DNA of 63,923 nt, counting the filler, from Olpidium bornovanus S191 (lineage: Eukaryota > Fungi > Olpidiomycota): assembly GCA_017911155.1 (NCBI GenBank). It is 30 parts of 30 records of this genome, joined end to end, with 100 filler letters (N's around TTAATTAATTAA, not from the genome) between each part and the next. Parts side by side here need not be neighbours in the genome. Positions count along the whole stretch, not along the records: positions 10,612 to 12,530 come from JAEFCI010003499.1; positions 12,631 to 13,791 come from JAEFCI010011532.1; positions 13,892 to 15,829 come from JAEFCI010009322.1; positions 15,930 to 21,857 come from JAEFCI010000782.1; positions 21,958 to 24,021 come from JAEFCI010006579.1; positions 24,122 to 25,500 come from JAEFCI010001262.1; 24 more parts are not named here. The stretch is one strand, 5' to 3'. The translations under genes and the position numbers were made by a program. Below, one piece after another: positions 12,431-25,600 of this stretch. The notes below the pieces were generated by a model. The model was not told the DNA's origin. It saw only the letters and a list, made by a program, of their open reading frames with translations, and did not search any database. Every line of letters starts with the position of its first letter. Position 1 is the stretch's first letter.

Positions 12431-12482
12431 CTGTGAATCGGGGATTTCGTTCAACTTTGCGCCTGTACGATGCGAACAACGT

Positions 12483-12513
<31 letters not shown>

Positions 12514-14401
12514 CGGGGGGGGGGTGCGGGNNNNNNNNNNNNNNNNNNNNNNNNNNNNNNNNNNNNNNNNNNNNTTAATTAATTAANNNNNNNNNNNNNN
12601 NNNNNNNNNNNNNNNNNNNNNNNNNNNNNNCATGGTGTCGGTCTGATCCGTCCGTTATGGATACAATCCCACGTGCGTCACCCCACTTGCCATCTGATCG
12701 TAATCATTAATGTCGCAACTACCGCAAATGTATTCACCGATCGATGCCGAGCAGGGCATTCTACAGCATTGCTCACGGTCGTTCTCGCAATGTTGCTCGT
12801 CATCACCGGCACTGACCTCACCCTCCGTTTCGTCCACGCAATGCTCCGCAGAAAATTCGCGGATCGCACTTTGCAAAACTTCCGCGGCCGCGGTAAAAGG
12901 GCCTGTCAAATCTAGAATTTGCGCTCCTGCGAGACAAGAGAGGATCCCGCCGACAGCTTATTTTGCGGTTTTCTGCAATGGAAAATGCAATAATTTTGTG
13001 GAGCGCCTCAACCAAGTGCTGGCATGATGCTTTTCGCCTCATCAGATTATGAGGCATCTTTTTCACAGCCGTGTTTTGTGCAAATCCGCGCATAATCGCC
13101 AAGCGCCAGCGGCGTTCGTGCGTTGTGGTGCTATGGGTGTAGGCGGCATGTGCCATGGCGTGGTTAAACAGTGGTCATTTTGGTCACGGAGACCTCGAAG
13201 CTGAACCCGAGACAATCACGTCAGGATCATTCACCACGGTTAGGTAGCGCCCAAGAAATTTAGCACCCGAACTTTCGGCGCCTGTCCCGCCGTTTTGCGC
13301 AGCGTCGACAGACTGTCCATCACCCAAAGCAACCGACAGGGTGGGTCGCCGTCAATCAGCTTCATGCTTCCTCGAGTCAGCTTTGAGATGCTCACGCGAA
13401 CAAGAATCAGCAGTACCTCGCTAGCTGTCCAAGGAGGCACATGACAGGTGGCCAGTGGAAAGACGGGCCCGATTGCCGGGGTTGCTGATCCTTCCGCTCG
13501 CGTCTTTCGGGGTGTTGCGCGACGTCGAGGTTTCTTCTGGGTGTGGGTGTGGCGGCGGCGGGTGTTTACCGCCCTGGGAACTTTTTTTGGGGGCGGGCGG
13601 GCGAACGCGCTCTGGCCTACCCCTTCCCTGCCCGCACTCCGCCGCTCCCGTTTCCGCCCCTCCCCGACCACGCCCCCCCCTCCCCCCCTTCCCTCCCCTC
13701 CCCTCCCCCTCCAACCTCCCTCTGTGGCGTCATCGGCAAAAAGAAAGTAAGGGACAACACGCGCGCGGGGTTCCCGCTGTTCCGCCCTCCANNNNNNNNN
13801 NNNNNNNNNNNNNNNNNNNNNNNNNNNNNNNNNNNTTAATTAATTAANNNNNNNNNNNNNNNNNNNNNNNNNNNNNNNNNNNNNNNNNNNNCTTTTGTCC
13901 CCTCACCATTGTTGCGACGTCGTACTTTTCTCCTGACGAGGTGTGGGCGTGTCGGCGGCGGCGGTCGGTTAGGGAGGAAGGAGGTCGAGCGGCGGGGGGG
14001 GGGGGGGGGGGGGGGGGGGGCGTGGTTTACGCGAGTTTCGGCGTTCGATTGCCGGGCGCTTTCCGACCGCCCCGGCTCGCTCGGCGGCTTTCCTTTTCAG
14101 CGGACGAAGGAGGGAATGCGGGGGGGTCTGTGTGTGGGAGGGGGAGAACGGGGAGGGGGAGAAGAAGAAAAAAAAAATAATCATAGCGACGGGAGACGGG
14201 AGCGTCCATGTGCGACCGCGGCGACGAGCCCTCCCGCACCGCCTGGGGCGGCGGCGCTCCCGGCAGGAGCGCTAGGAGCGGCAACGGCGCCGGAGAAGGA
14301 GCGCCCGCCGGTCGTGCTTCTCCGCGAGTCGCGGCGGCGCCCGCCTGGGGCGACGGGTCCGGGGGACAGAACGGTAAAAGCGAGACGGGACCCGCCAGCG
14401 G

Positions 14402-15766
14402 GTGTTGGAAATGCTTTGCCGTTTCTCCGAAGAGGCGCCTCCGAAGCTGACGCGAAGCAGCGCAGCATCGGGCGTCTCGCCGCGGAGGGCGCGAGCGGAA
14501 ATCAGCGACGGCGGCGGCGACGACGACGGCGACGACGACGACGACGTCTTCGAGCTTCTCGGCGCGGCCGTCGACGGCGGTTCCGGCGGGAACGACGCGG
14601 CGCCGGCGAGGAAGGCGAGGAGAGCGGCCGCCGGCGCGGACGGGGCCCGCCCCGCGACAGGCGCCGCGGCGCCGGCCCCGCGCGCGCGTGCGCCGCGGCG
14701 CGTGAAGCAGGCTGTCCCCGCCGCCCGGCGGCAGCGAACGGCCGGCGCGGTCGGAAACGCGGGGCGAGCGCCGCCGGAGGTTTTCGCGCAGGAAGGCCTC
14801 GAGAGCGCCCGGGCCGGGCGCACCGACGAGGAGATCGCAAGGCTCCTCCAGGAGCAGGAGTACGCGAGCTACCGCTCGTGGGTCGCGGCAGAGGGCGCCG
14901 CCGCGCAGGTCGGTCGGGCCGGGCCGGGCCGGCCCGGGGAGAGGGCCATCGGGTTCCGCAAAACGTGGGTTCTGGAAGCGGAGACTCGAAAATAAAAAGA
15001 ATCTTTCTCGCTTGTGACAGGCCGCGTCGCCCACGAGGCCCGCGGTTGTCCAGCCGGCGGCCGCGCAGGAACCGGTGCCGAGACGTCGCCCACAGGCGGG
15101 CACAGCGTCGACCAGGGTAGAAGGGGCGGCGTCCGTGTCAGGGTCGTCGGGCAGGTCGTCGTCCACGCGGGCGCGGCGACCAAGACCGGCGGCGCGAGGG
15201 GCCGCCGGCCCAAGAAGCAGGCGGAGACAAGCATCCGGCCGCGACTCGACCACTCGCGCGTTCGGGGGTCGCGGTCGGCGGCTAGACGGCAATGACGAGG
15301 TCAGGGACGCGGACGTGGCGGCTGTACTTGGAGCGTTCGGACCCGGCGACCGCAGTCCGACCAGAGGGGGTCGCGGTCGGAGGCCGGATTGGGATGCGGA
15401 CGTGGCTGCTGTGCTTGGGCCATTCGAACCCGGCGACCGCAGTTGGACCAGAGGGGTTCGCGGTCGGAGGCTAGACGGCAATGACGAGGCTTGGGATGCG
15501 GACGTGGCGGCTATACTCGCGACATTCGAACCCGGCGACCGCAGTTCGGCCGCCCTCTACGGGGACGCATTAGGGTAATAGTCCTGCACCGGTAGAAAGC
15601 GTTTCCAAATGAAATGGGGTTTATCTTTGGACGTAATCGCCCGCTTGATGTGGCGTCCCTTGACGTGCCCCTTCCGTTTTGTCGCAAAAACAGGTTCCCC
15701 GGACGTAGCTTAGCTGCTCACCCCGGCAACTACCTGGACGACGGCGAGATCGATATGAGCTACGAG
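14402..15766 (+). CDS. Low-complexity protein with ubiquitin-binding-like motifs, probably the N-terminal/central part of a RING-H2 E3 ligase, partial
   Basis: In-frame splicing ..14908 / 15021-15574 / 15694-15766. It encodes TDEEIARLLQEQEY, three DADVAA(V/I)L..F repeats and DDGEIDMSYE before a GT donor. MSYE(ELL) precedes the RING in RNF38/BIG BROTHER-like ligases. The start is uncertain and the RING lies outside the contig. Confidence 0.5.
15270..15549 (+). repeat. Diverged coding tandem repeat, 3 units of ~87-102 bp
   Basis: Each unit has CGCGGTCGG...GA(C/T)GCGGACGTGGC(G/T)GCT...TTCG(A/G)ACCCGGCGACCGCAGT; unit lengths keep the reading frame. Confidence 0.85.
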
Positions 15767-15929
15767 GTCGCATTCGTTTACTTGCGTTCATTTACCTGTT
15801 AATGCGGCTCCTCGTGAAGCTCCGCATGCNNNNNNNNNNNNNNNNNNNNNNNNNNNNNNNNNNNNNNNNNNNNTTAATTAATTAANNNNNNNNNNNNNNN
15901 NNNNNNNNNNNNNNNNNNNNNNNNNNNNN

Positions 15930-17762
15930 CATGGTCAGAAACGCCGGCTCGACGTTCGTCGCGCTTTTGGCCGACGTCTCCAGGAAAGGGATGCCGAGCG
16001 AGTCGGCGAATTCCTTGGTGTTAATTTTTTTTGTTGTTGTTTGTTCCCGATCGAGGGCGGCGACGTGGGAGGAGTTCAGTCGGAAAATTCATGACGCCGC
16101 CCATTGGTGCGGTCTCGTCCCGGCAATTCCGTCCCCCCCCCCCTCTCTTCCGCGGCGGCCGCCGCTACTTTCGGCTTTTCTACCCCCCGAGCCTTCCGTC
16201 CGTCCGTCTCTCACCTTTGCAGCGGTGTACTCGACGACCTTCTTGTTCGTCAGGTCGCTCTTGTTTCCGACCAGCAGCTTGTTGACGCCCTCGTTGGCGT
16301 ACCTGTCGATTTCCTGCATCCACTGCTTCACGTTGTTGAACGTCTCGCTGTCTGTCACGTCGTAGACGACGATGATCCCGTGCGCGCCGCGGTAGTACGA
16401 CGACGTGATGGTGCGGAAGCGCTCTTGGCCGGCCGTGTCCCACTCGGCTCCGGCAAGGGAAAAAAATAAAATAAAAAAGAAAACTCCCCCAAGGGGGAAA
16501 AAAATCCGATTGTGTTTTCGGCGGGAAGTGGGGGGGTTTTTTGGGGACATTGCGTTGGTTAACTCGAGCCCCCTCCCGGCTCCCTCCCTCCTCCCTCCTC
16601 CGCCTCCTCCTAGTTCTGGATTCCCCCCCCCCTCCCCCTTCAGATTCTGAATCGACGGGCAACACCGCACGTCGTTCGACGACGGCGGGACAGGAGAAAT
16701 GCCTGCGCGCCGGGTACATCGCGGACGCTTGTGCACCTACGATTTGCAGCTTTACTGTCTTGCCTTCCAACTCTATGGTACGAATTTTCTGGTGCGCGTG
16801 CAAACACCGCCACCCCCGCAACAATTAGCAGAAGCCCAGAAGGGGCGAAAGCGCAGTGACATTAACACCGCGGCTCCAAAGACGTACAAAATCGACGCCA
16901 ATGGTCGAGATGTAGCTCTCTGTGTACGTATCGTCTGCAAACCGCAAGAGCAGGCACGACTTGCCGACGCCCGAGTCCCCGATGAGGAGTAGTTTGAACA
17001 GAAAGTCGCTTCGGCCGCGGATTTGAACAAAACGTGTGTCGACGGAGGTGGGGGTGGGGAAAAAAAAAAAAAAAAAAGCGGGTCAGCTTGCTTCGAACCA
17101 AAAAAATTTTCGGGCGGGAGCGTCCTCGATATGTATGAAGAAGCTCGGCGAACAAGTAAGGTCGACGGGGCGGGGCCGTGTTCCGGGGAAAACAATAAGA
17201 GAAGTGACGTGATTGGCGGAGCAGACGGGCGCCCAAGCTGAGGACCGGCTGTTCAGGCTGCCCTCGACGCCGAAGGATGCGACGATATTGCGAGTTCCTT
17301 GTGGAAGCGATATATGCCGTGGCTCTGACGGCCACACCCCCCCCCCCTCCTTCTGCCGCGGAAGGTCCAACGACATATGTGCGAGAAGTCCCCCTTCCCG
17401 GTGGTGCCGATGCGCCAATCGGCAGTGGTAAACACCAACGCTCAGGCGGCAGCGGCCACTCCGGGGGGGGGGGACTGTGGCGATAACGTGCGCCGTGTAG
17501 CACCGCTGCGGTGCGGGCGAGAGGAGGGAATGGCGGAGGGGCCTGTCGTGGCCAGTGCCACAGAGAAGCCGAAACAAGTCCAGCAAACTCGGAAAGACGG
17601 GTTGGGCCCGGGAGAAGAGGGGAGAAGAGCGGAAGGGGCGGCGAGAGGGGGCGGGGAGAAAGAGAAAGAGCGAGAAAGCGAAAAAGAAAGAAAAAGAGAG
17701 AGAGAGAGAGAAAAAGAGAGAGAGAGGAAAAGAGAGAGAGAGACGTACTATTCGGTATTCAT
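15930..17762 (-). CDS. YPT1: Rab1/Ypt1 GTPase, 3'-truncated
   Basis: Exons 17762-17749, 17008-16888, 16788-16741, 16442-16215, 16013-15930. [81 protein letters not shown]. Confidence 0.97.
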
Positions 17763-18180
17763 GGCTTCCGCTGCGAGCTTCGGTGCGGCCCCGCCTCCGG
17801 CTGGTTGCTACTTGCGGGTGCTCTCGTCGTCCGAGCTGCGGGGAGCCGGGCGGGAGGGCGTGAGAGGGGAAACGGAGAGGGAGGGCTCTTTCTCTCTGCT
17901 CGTACGTCCTTCGCTCTCTCCGTCTCTCTCTGCTCTCTCTCTCCGTCTCTGTCTGTCTCTCTCTCTCTCTCTCGCCGGGTGCGGGTGGCGGGTGGCGGGT
18001 GTGCGGGTGGCGGGTGCGGGGTGAAGGGGCGGCCGGCAGCAGTGGCGTCCGCCTTTCTTTTTTTTTTTTCTTAAGCGGCCTGGGCGGGAAAGGAGGACCC
18101 GGGCGGAGAAGGAAGCAAGAGGGCGGCGGCGGACGCCGCAGGGCGAAGCAGCAGCAGCAGGAGAGAGAGGCGGAAGCATC

Positions 18181-18186
18181 AGCAGC

Positions 18187-18218
<32 letters not shown>
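18181..18218 (+). repeat. (CAG)n microsatellite upstream of YPT1
   Basis: About 12 GCA/CAG units read directly. Confidence 0.9.
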
Positions 18219-18219
<1 letters not shown>

Positions 18220-19561
18220 GAGACAGACGGACGGCGAGAGCCAAGAGAGACAAAGTGAGAATGACACAGGCGGCGTTGTGCCTGCCGAGGGGGGAGGGCG
18301 CGTGCGGTGTGCGTGCAAGTCTCCCGCGTCAACAAAAAAAAATAAAAATAAAAAAATGAAAAATATGAGAAATGCAACCTGCCCGCGCGCCAGTACCTCG
18401 GGCGCGCACGAGGGCAAGTTTCGCGCTCCGTCCGAACGCGCGGCTCTTCTCCCCCCCCCCCCCTTCCTCCCCCGCCTCTCGGGCTTGGCGCCGGACGCTT
18501 CTGGAAAGTGCGGCCAAGATCCGTGTGGAAGGTGCGTGAAGGGTGGAGTTTCGGTTTGTCGAGCACACTCCGAAAGCAAGCGCGAAGACTGGGAGCAAAA
18601 GACGAGCGCCCTCGCCCGCGCCCGCGCCCGGTTCGAAACGAGATGGGGGAGCGTGGGGAACGGACGTTGTGATACCTAATTGCCCGATTAGGCGGTTTGC
18701 TGGCCCTCCTCAACCGCTGACGGTCGTGGTCGCGGCGCGGGGTGTCACTGGACCAAGGACCACAGTGCCGTCGTGAACGTCGATTCGGAGGCGCTCGGCG
18801 ATAGACGGCCGTGAAAAAAACGTGGACACACTCTCTTTTAACGCGATCTGGCGATAAAGATTTTGATGGCTGATTGGGGTCCGACAATGGCCTCTCTTTT
18901 GCGAGGGTCGGCCGCGGCGTGCGGGAGGGCACCGCCATCGCGCGTTACACAGCTCAGATCGGCGAATCTCACAAGGAGATGTGGGCCCCTCAAAAGCAGC
19001 GGTTTTGTCGCGAAGACAAAACCTGCCGGCAAGCGCGCGAATTCACGGCCGGCGACGCTTGTTCTGCGTCTTTTCCCTGCGCGATGCGTCTCGTCGGGCG
19101 CGCGGTCGACTCGTTTTGCACTCGGGGAGAGAGCACCCCGCCCTTCCGGCGACGCGCCCTTTTCCTTTTTTTTTTTTTTTTTTTTTTTTTCTACCTCGGT
19201 TGAGCTCGACGGAGGAAGCGCTTCCCCGTCCCGGCCGTCGGAAGGAGGAGGCGTGGCGCCCAAAGTGCGAAGAGGAGTCGTTCCCTGGCGGCTCCTCCCG
19301 GGAATAGAGGGGCTACCTACACCCCCATGCGTAAACCAGACTAGGCGGGCAGAGGGCAGCTAGAATCGTAGAATAGAGCAGGAAGTCCTTCCTCTGCTTC
19401 CCATCTCGCCTTGGTCGCCGCACTCGGGCATTCCCCGTCGCTTACCTCTTCCTCTCGATTGGCGGGGTTCTCGCGGAGTTCTCGTTGTTTGGGCGACACC
19501 CATCCCCGCCCGCCCACCCCGCCTCCGCTCCCGCAACCCCAGTTGGAGCAGCAAGGCGAGA

Positions 19562-21032
19562 ATGTCGCGGCCGCCGCGCGCCGAAGACGCGACGCCGGTC
19601 GCCCGCGGTCAACAGCTCGTGCCGCCGAGGAACTCGGCATCCCCGCCGGGGCGGCACGGCGAGGGCGAACGGCGGCGGGGCTTCCCTGACGGCCGCTGGG
19701 AAGGCGCGGACGACGGCGGCCTCGGTGGCGGCGGCCCAAAGGCGAAGTCGGCCGCCGCCGCGGGCCGGGCTGTTGTCGAAAAAGTAGGCCCGGAGCCAGC
19801 GGCCGACGCCAACGGGGCGGGAACGGAGGACGACTACATGAGCGAGGAGTTTCTCAGAATGCTGGAAACCGAGTCCGCGGCGCCGTCGTCGGGTGGAGGC
19901 GCAACGTACTCGCAGAGGAGAGCGAAGACCGTGCGCGAGCAGAAGGAGAGGGGCAAAACCAAGCCTCTTAAAGAACGGGAACAGGAATCCCTCGAGAAAG
20001 GGCTCGCAACCAAGATCTCTTCGGACAACAGAGGGTACACGTATCGGCGCCCTGTCAGCCGTCTTTCCGTCCAAGTCGGGACTGTCCGACAGCTGTGATA
20101 TGCCTGCGGCGCCGCTGACAGCTGTTCTGATGGGACCTTTTTTTTGCCGTCGTCTCCAGATTCGTAATGCTTGCAAAGATGGGGTTCACGTAGGTTCTCC
20201 GTTCGCCGTGTGACACCGGGCGTTCGCGGGACCGCCCGCAACTCGAAGCTCTCGTGAAACGCTCTCTCGGGCCTTTCTAACCAGTTGCGGACTCGCGCCG
20301 CACACAGCGAAGGCATGACCATCGGGAAGTCGAACGACGGCCTTTCCGAGCCGCTGCCAATCACGAAGAAAATCGGTATGGGTCTTGCCCCAGTATCCTC
20401 ATTCCGCAGCCGGAGTTTCCGTCTAGGTTCGACCTGAGCGGGGAATATGCGAACGCGCAAACTAGGCAAATCCGGCATCGGCGCTTCCTCACCGACAACG
20501 AAGCGCAAGCGAGCCGAACTCGCAGAAGAAGCACAGCAGGAAGCCGATCCGTCTGCGTTCCGCTCCCGGACGCACGCTCGGTTCACTCTGCAGCGCGTAC
20601 TGGCTGATGTCGATCGGTGCAGGAAGGCGTGCGAGCATTTAGAGGTGATGACAGGCGTCGAGGACGGCGCGCGGTACTGGCGGGGGCCGCGCGCGGAATC
20701 GGGACCGGAGGAAAGGCTCCTCCTGCAAACGATGGCGGAGACGGACCCGGACGCGCTGCCGGAAGTCGTTAGGGAAAGGGCTAAGTTCGAAGCTTTGAAG
20801 GTGACCTTCTTTCTTTCTTTTTTTGGTTCATTTGACGCGGCCGTACCCGGTTTTTCCCGTGTCAACTCTCAATATTTCGAAATTGTACACGGTAAAGCCG
20901 GAGGACATGCTTTGTGAGGTGAACAATTACCTACGAGACCGGCACCATTATTGCGTTTACTGCGGAGAGAAGTACAGCAGCGCCGAAGAACTCCGCGATA
21001 TCTGCCCCGGGCCGTCAAGGGACGACCACTAA
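19562..21032 (+). CDS. GPATCH11: G-patch domain protein, GPATCH11 family (C-terminal DUF4187-like zinc site)
   Basis: EDDYMSEEFL; spliced G-patch ISSDNRG-FVMLAKMGF..GKSNDGLSEPL..GKSGIG; C-terminal YLRDRHHYCVYCGEKY..EELRDICPGPSRDDH*. Introns are GT-AG. Confidence 0.85.
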
Positions 21033-22071
21033 GTCGATCCCGCTGCGGAGTGGCGGAAATCCGCGGGTACGTTTTTAAAAGGGTTCAGCGCGTGCAGGTC
21101 GATGATCGCGGGCAAAAAAAAAAAAAAAAAAAAATCTACAAAGAACCTGGTTGACAAACCACGTTTTAATCCAGCAAGGAAATTGACGTGCTCCGCTCTA
21201 AGCGAACAGTTGCCGTCGCCTGCCTCGCCCCGTACGCCTGTAATCCCGAAGCCGCGGTTCCGGACTCCGTTCGCCGCTTTTTGCCGGGCACTGGGGTATC
21301 CCGCTTGTTGCGTTGATTTCCCGGCGGCCCTGCTGAATGCGGCCCGGACCAACTGTCGGTGTTCTGCTCGTGTCTGGCGCTCCACACAGGGTACCTTCCA
21401 GACATCCAGCCCGACCTGCGGGTCGATGGCCGGGGGCTTCTCCTTCAAAGCCATGCTCAACAGAGACAACTGGACATCGTGCCCCAGATGTCACGGGCAA
21501 GATGTAACATGTAACAATGTACAGCGGACCCGCCGACATTTCCGACAACAAGATGCTGGCAACCATCGCCGTCGGCGCCAACCTGGTCGCTGTCACCAAA
21601 GCGCCTTCCGCCTTCCGCTGTCAACCCGTGATCACCACGGTCTCTCGTCCGGCACCTGTTCGATTGCGCCTGCGCGGCTCCGTGGTCGCCGCCGCGGTCG
21701 TTTTACCGCCCGAAACCCTGTTCTAAGATGACGAATGTCATCATCTCACATTAATCCCACGCCGCATTTTCTTTTTGTGAATTGCAGCCACGATAGGCGC
21801 GCCTTTGCTCGTAGTTAAAAAAAAAAAAAAAGAGAAAAAAAAATTTCACCGGCGGCCNNNNNNNNNNNNNNNNNNNNNNNNNNNNNNNNNNNNNNNNNNN
21901 NTTAATTAATTAANNNNNNNNNNNNNNNNNNNNNNNNNNNNNNNNNNNNNNNNNNNNAAAACGAACGGAAGATTTCTGAATTTTCTTTTCCCTGCCCGTT
22001 TGTCCGCCGTGTCCATTTTTCCGTTTTTTTTTTTCGCCAAGGTTCCGAGAATGGCAGACACGCACCCGCAC

Positions 22072-23436
22072 GTCCATGAAAGGCTTCTTCGCGGCGGCGA
22101 TGACGGCCTCGTCGTAAGTAAACTGGGCCATTCGGCAAAAAAAAAAAATAAAAAAGCGGAAAACGAAAAATGCCGGGTTAAGCCCGAAACCGCCTTTTTC
22201 TTTCAAAAATAACAAGTTTGACGCTAAAATACTATCAACGCGCTAGAGAGTCCGCCTCTCTCAGATTTTTTTTTTGGCCTTCCCCTTATCCCCCCCCGCC
22301 CCGCCCACCCCCCACCGCAGCTCCTTCTTCGCACCCATTTACGTATCCGCTGGTGTTCCTCCGGCCACGTTTCCGCCAGCTTCGTGGCGTGCAACTCGAA
22401 AAAATGAAACTGGGCCCGGGGCTTATTAGTCTTCGGATCTGTCTTGTGGTGGTCGAAGCAGCCAATGCAGCCTTTTTTTGCGAAACCGACCCGGGCTCGG
22501 GGCGCGTTACGGAGCTTGAACAAGCTTTTTTTTTTTTTTTTTTTGCATCGCAGTCGACCGAACGGCAAAAACACCAGGCGACGCCGGAACAACCAGCCGG
22601 TCCCCGAGCTCACACGCATCCACCCACCGTGTATTTTCCCGATCACTCCGGCTTGCGCAGCGCGCGCGCGCGTCCCGGGTATTCAGATACCGAGGCAAGG
22701 AAGAAAAACCAAAAGAAAAAAAAAGGCGAGAGGGAGCGGCGCTTAGTTGGAGAACGGTTTTTTTTAATTACAAACAGCGAACAAAAAAAAATTCCCCGGC
22801 AGCTTCGCTTCCTGCTCATCTTTTTGTTTCCGTTTGATTTCGTACCTTCCTCCCAAGTTTCCCTCACGGCGGCTTCAACGACGCTCTCGTCGTTCTCCCA
22901 GCCACCCTTTGGCTGCTCCATCGAAAAAAGGATGGGGCGCGAAAGGTCGCCCGGGGGTCAAGCCTGGTTTCGCAAACCAGGAAAAAAAAAACAGGGACCG
23001 CAGCGAGCCTGCAGCGTACCAAGACCCTTCAAGGGGAGCGGGGACGGCGCCCGGGGTAATGAGTGAGGGGAAGGGGGGGATAATACGCGGGAAAGAGCGG
23101 CCACCGCAGGAAAAACGAAATAAAAAAAAAAGTGGGCCGGCGCGCGCAAAGCCGGCGTTAAGCCGGACCCCGCAAGGTTTTGTCAGCGGTGGACGGCGGG
23201 AGGAACGAGCGGGGAGTGGCGCGACCGACGGGACGGGACGGGACGGGGCGGAGCGGACGGAGGAGGGCGACTCACCAGTCCCCCCTGTGGCGCCTGCTGG
23301 AGACGAGCAGCACTTTCCCCTCCGGCTGGTTCACCACGACGCAGCCGGCGACCTGCCTGACGCCGTCGGTCAGCAGCTGGTTGGCGCGGCCCTGCCGCGC
23401 GTACATTGCGCAGTCGGCGGGCCTCGGGTCGCCCAT
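22072..23436 (-). CDS. DDP1: Nudix hydrolase, diphosphoinositol-polyphosphate (DIPP/Ddp1/Aps1) family, 3'-truncated
   Basis: ARQGRANQ..VRQVAGCVV..VLLVSSRR..W, then PKGGWENDESVVEAAVRETWEE-AG (Nudix box), then WPEEHQRIRKW and FTYDEA. Spliced; the exon 2 acceptor is uncertain. Confidence 0.85.
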
Positions 23437-25600
23437 CTGGCGAGGCGATTTGCGGGTGAGTGCCGGTCGGTGTGGACGGTTTGGTGTGGCGGCGGCGGCG
23501 GCGGCAGCGGGCGGGGTGTGGGTGGCGTTGGGGAGGCGAGAGAGATAAGAGAGAGGAGGAGAGAGTAGAGAGAGTGAGCAGAGAGAGCGAGAGGCCAGCT
23601 CGTCAGCGACCTAAACCAGGACGTTCCACGTGTCATGTCAGTCCACCATCCTGCAGTCTTGGCTTCACCAATGGAATGGGTAATACCAGTACCTCTAGAT
23701 CGTAACAAGGACATAAAATAACAAGTAAATAGGTGCCAAAGCACAGCGCCGGCGGCCGGGAAGCGCACCCGGCGTGAGCTGTGCAAATAACACTATATGG
23801 GATATATATAAAAATAACCTGTCTAAATGTTTACTTGTCTAACTTTTCCAGAGATCGCTGTACTGGAGCGTCAGGAAGCTCATCAGAAAATGAGGGCAAC
23901 GTGCATAGGGGTACGGAAAACCGCAATTGCTGTGATTGGAAAATATGTGTTGTAAACCCACCCACCTGAACAACCCGAAGGTAGTGGGCAAATCGTGTTT
24001 CCGCGTCGTCTGGCCGACATGNNNNNNNNNNNNNNNNNNNNNNNNNNNNNNNNNNNNNNNNNNNNTTAATTAATTAANNNNNNNNNNNNNNNNNNNNNNN
24101 NNNNNNNNNNNNNNNNNNNNNAAAAAACCACCCTTCCCCCCCCCCCCCCCCCCCCCCTCCATACCCGCCCATCCCCCGCAAATCGCCTCCTCCTCTTTCC
24201 TCCTCCTCCTCCTCCCCGCTCTCCCGCCCGCCCGCCCGCCCGCCCCCCCTTCCTCTCTCCTCCGCCCTCCTCCTCCTCCCTCTCCTCCCTCCTACCCCGC
24301 CGGCCTTTTGTCTGCTCTCACGGCCCGCTCTCCAAAAACGCTGGCCTTTGACACACGCCGCGCCCCCCGCCTCTCCGCCTTCGCTTTCCCCCGTTCTCCT
24401 TGAACCTCCACCACGGCCGACAACCCGTTGCACGTCCCGTCCCTTTGCCGGCGCGCTCGCCACCCCCAGTCCTGGCGCGTCGCTCGTTCGACAGGTAGGC
24501 GTAATTCAGGGCTTCGCCGCGCCGCGACGCGCCGCGACGCGCCGCGAGAGCGAAAAAAAAAAAAAAAAAAAAAAAAAACGGCCTTTGCGTCCGTTTTCGC
24601 AAAAGAAAAACCCCCCTCTCTTTCGCCCTTCCGCAGTTGCTGCTCCCTAACCGAGAAAAGACTGTTCCGAACGAACGGAAACGAAGCTTTCTAACCAGCA
24701 GTGACTGAAACTCTTTCCCCTCGTTTCCTCTGACGGCCGACGTCCGACCGGGTCTCGCGATTTCCGATTTGCGGCGAGAGAACAGGTTGTGGCCGCATTT
24801 CTTCATGCGATATAAGAAGGAGAACCCCACCAAGGTCCCGCTGACGGGCAACAGCAAGGCGAACGGCTACGGCACCCTTTCGTGTCTGCCAGAAGCGCAG
24901 CAATCGCGTGCGAAGTCGCCGGACGTGAGGTACCCTCCTGCGAACGGTGGACCCTACATCCTAGAGGACGAAGATGGGGGTTCCCTTTCAACGACGACCG
25001 CCGTATCCAACCAAACAGGGTTGTCCAACTGGAGCTTTTTTCTGTGCTCGCTGTGCCTTGCCGGCGTTCAGTTCCCCTGTCAGTTCTTTCGTCTTGGTAA
25101 ATTGTTTGGAGTCAACAGGGCCGCCATTAACGCCTCGCGGTGGCTTTGTGACTCAGGGACCGTGGAGGTTGCCTACGGATCCCCTTACCTACTTGATTTG
25201 GGTCTGAGCAAGCCGTTTATGTCACTTGTCTGGTTAGCGGGTCCTCTTTCGGGTAAGGTGGTGTACTTAGGTTTTGCTCGCAGGGAGGGACTTGTGACTC
25301 CTTTTGGACATCTGAGATCTGCAGCTTGTTGCCGTACTGCTGCCGCCTCACTGAATCCGCTCTTTCTTCAACTTCGTTTCATGCGTTCGTTTTGCTTCGA
25401 ACAATGTTTTTCCTCACCGGGCTTCGTTCTTTCTGCACGTCTGTTTTGTGTTTTTTTCGACGTTTAATTTTGTTTTGCTCGCTCGACCGTTGGCGCCTGG
25501 NNNNNNNNNNNNNNNNNNNNNNNNNNNNNNNNNNNNNNNNNNNNTTAATTAATTAANNNNNNNNNNNNNNNNNNNNNNNNNNNNNNNNNNNNNNNNNNNN

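Noticed and set aside
12481-12530. Poly-G/poly-C tracts at contig ends as G-quadruplex or telomere-like elements (also 2123-2227, 35397-35414)
   Set aside because: No repeat unit is present. They mark where short-read assembly fails, and their lengths are unreliable.
12631-13450. Cys-rich frame CRMPCSASIGEYICGSCDINDYDQ resembling a CHY/Pirh2 zinc finger
   Set aside because: Upstream Cys/His spacing does not fit and I could not build a consistent spliced model.
24825-25020. Possible first exon MRYKKENPTKVPLTGNSKANGYGT..
   Set aside because: No family motif and no supported downstream exon in the contig.
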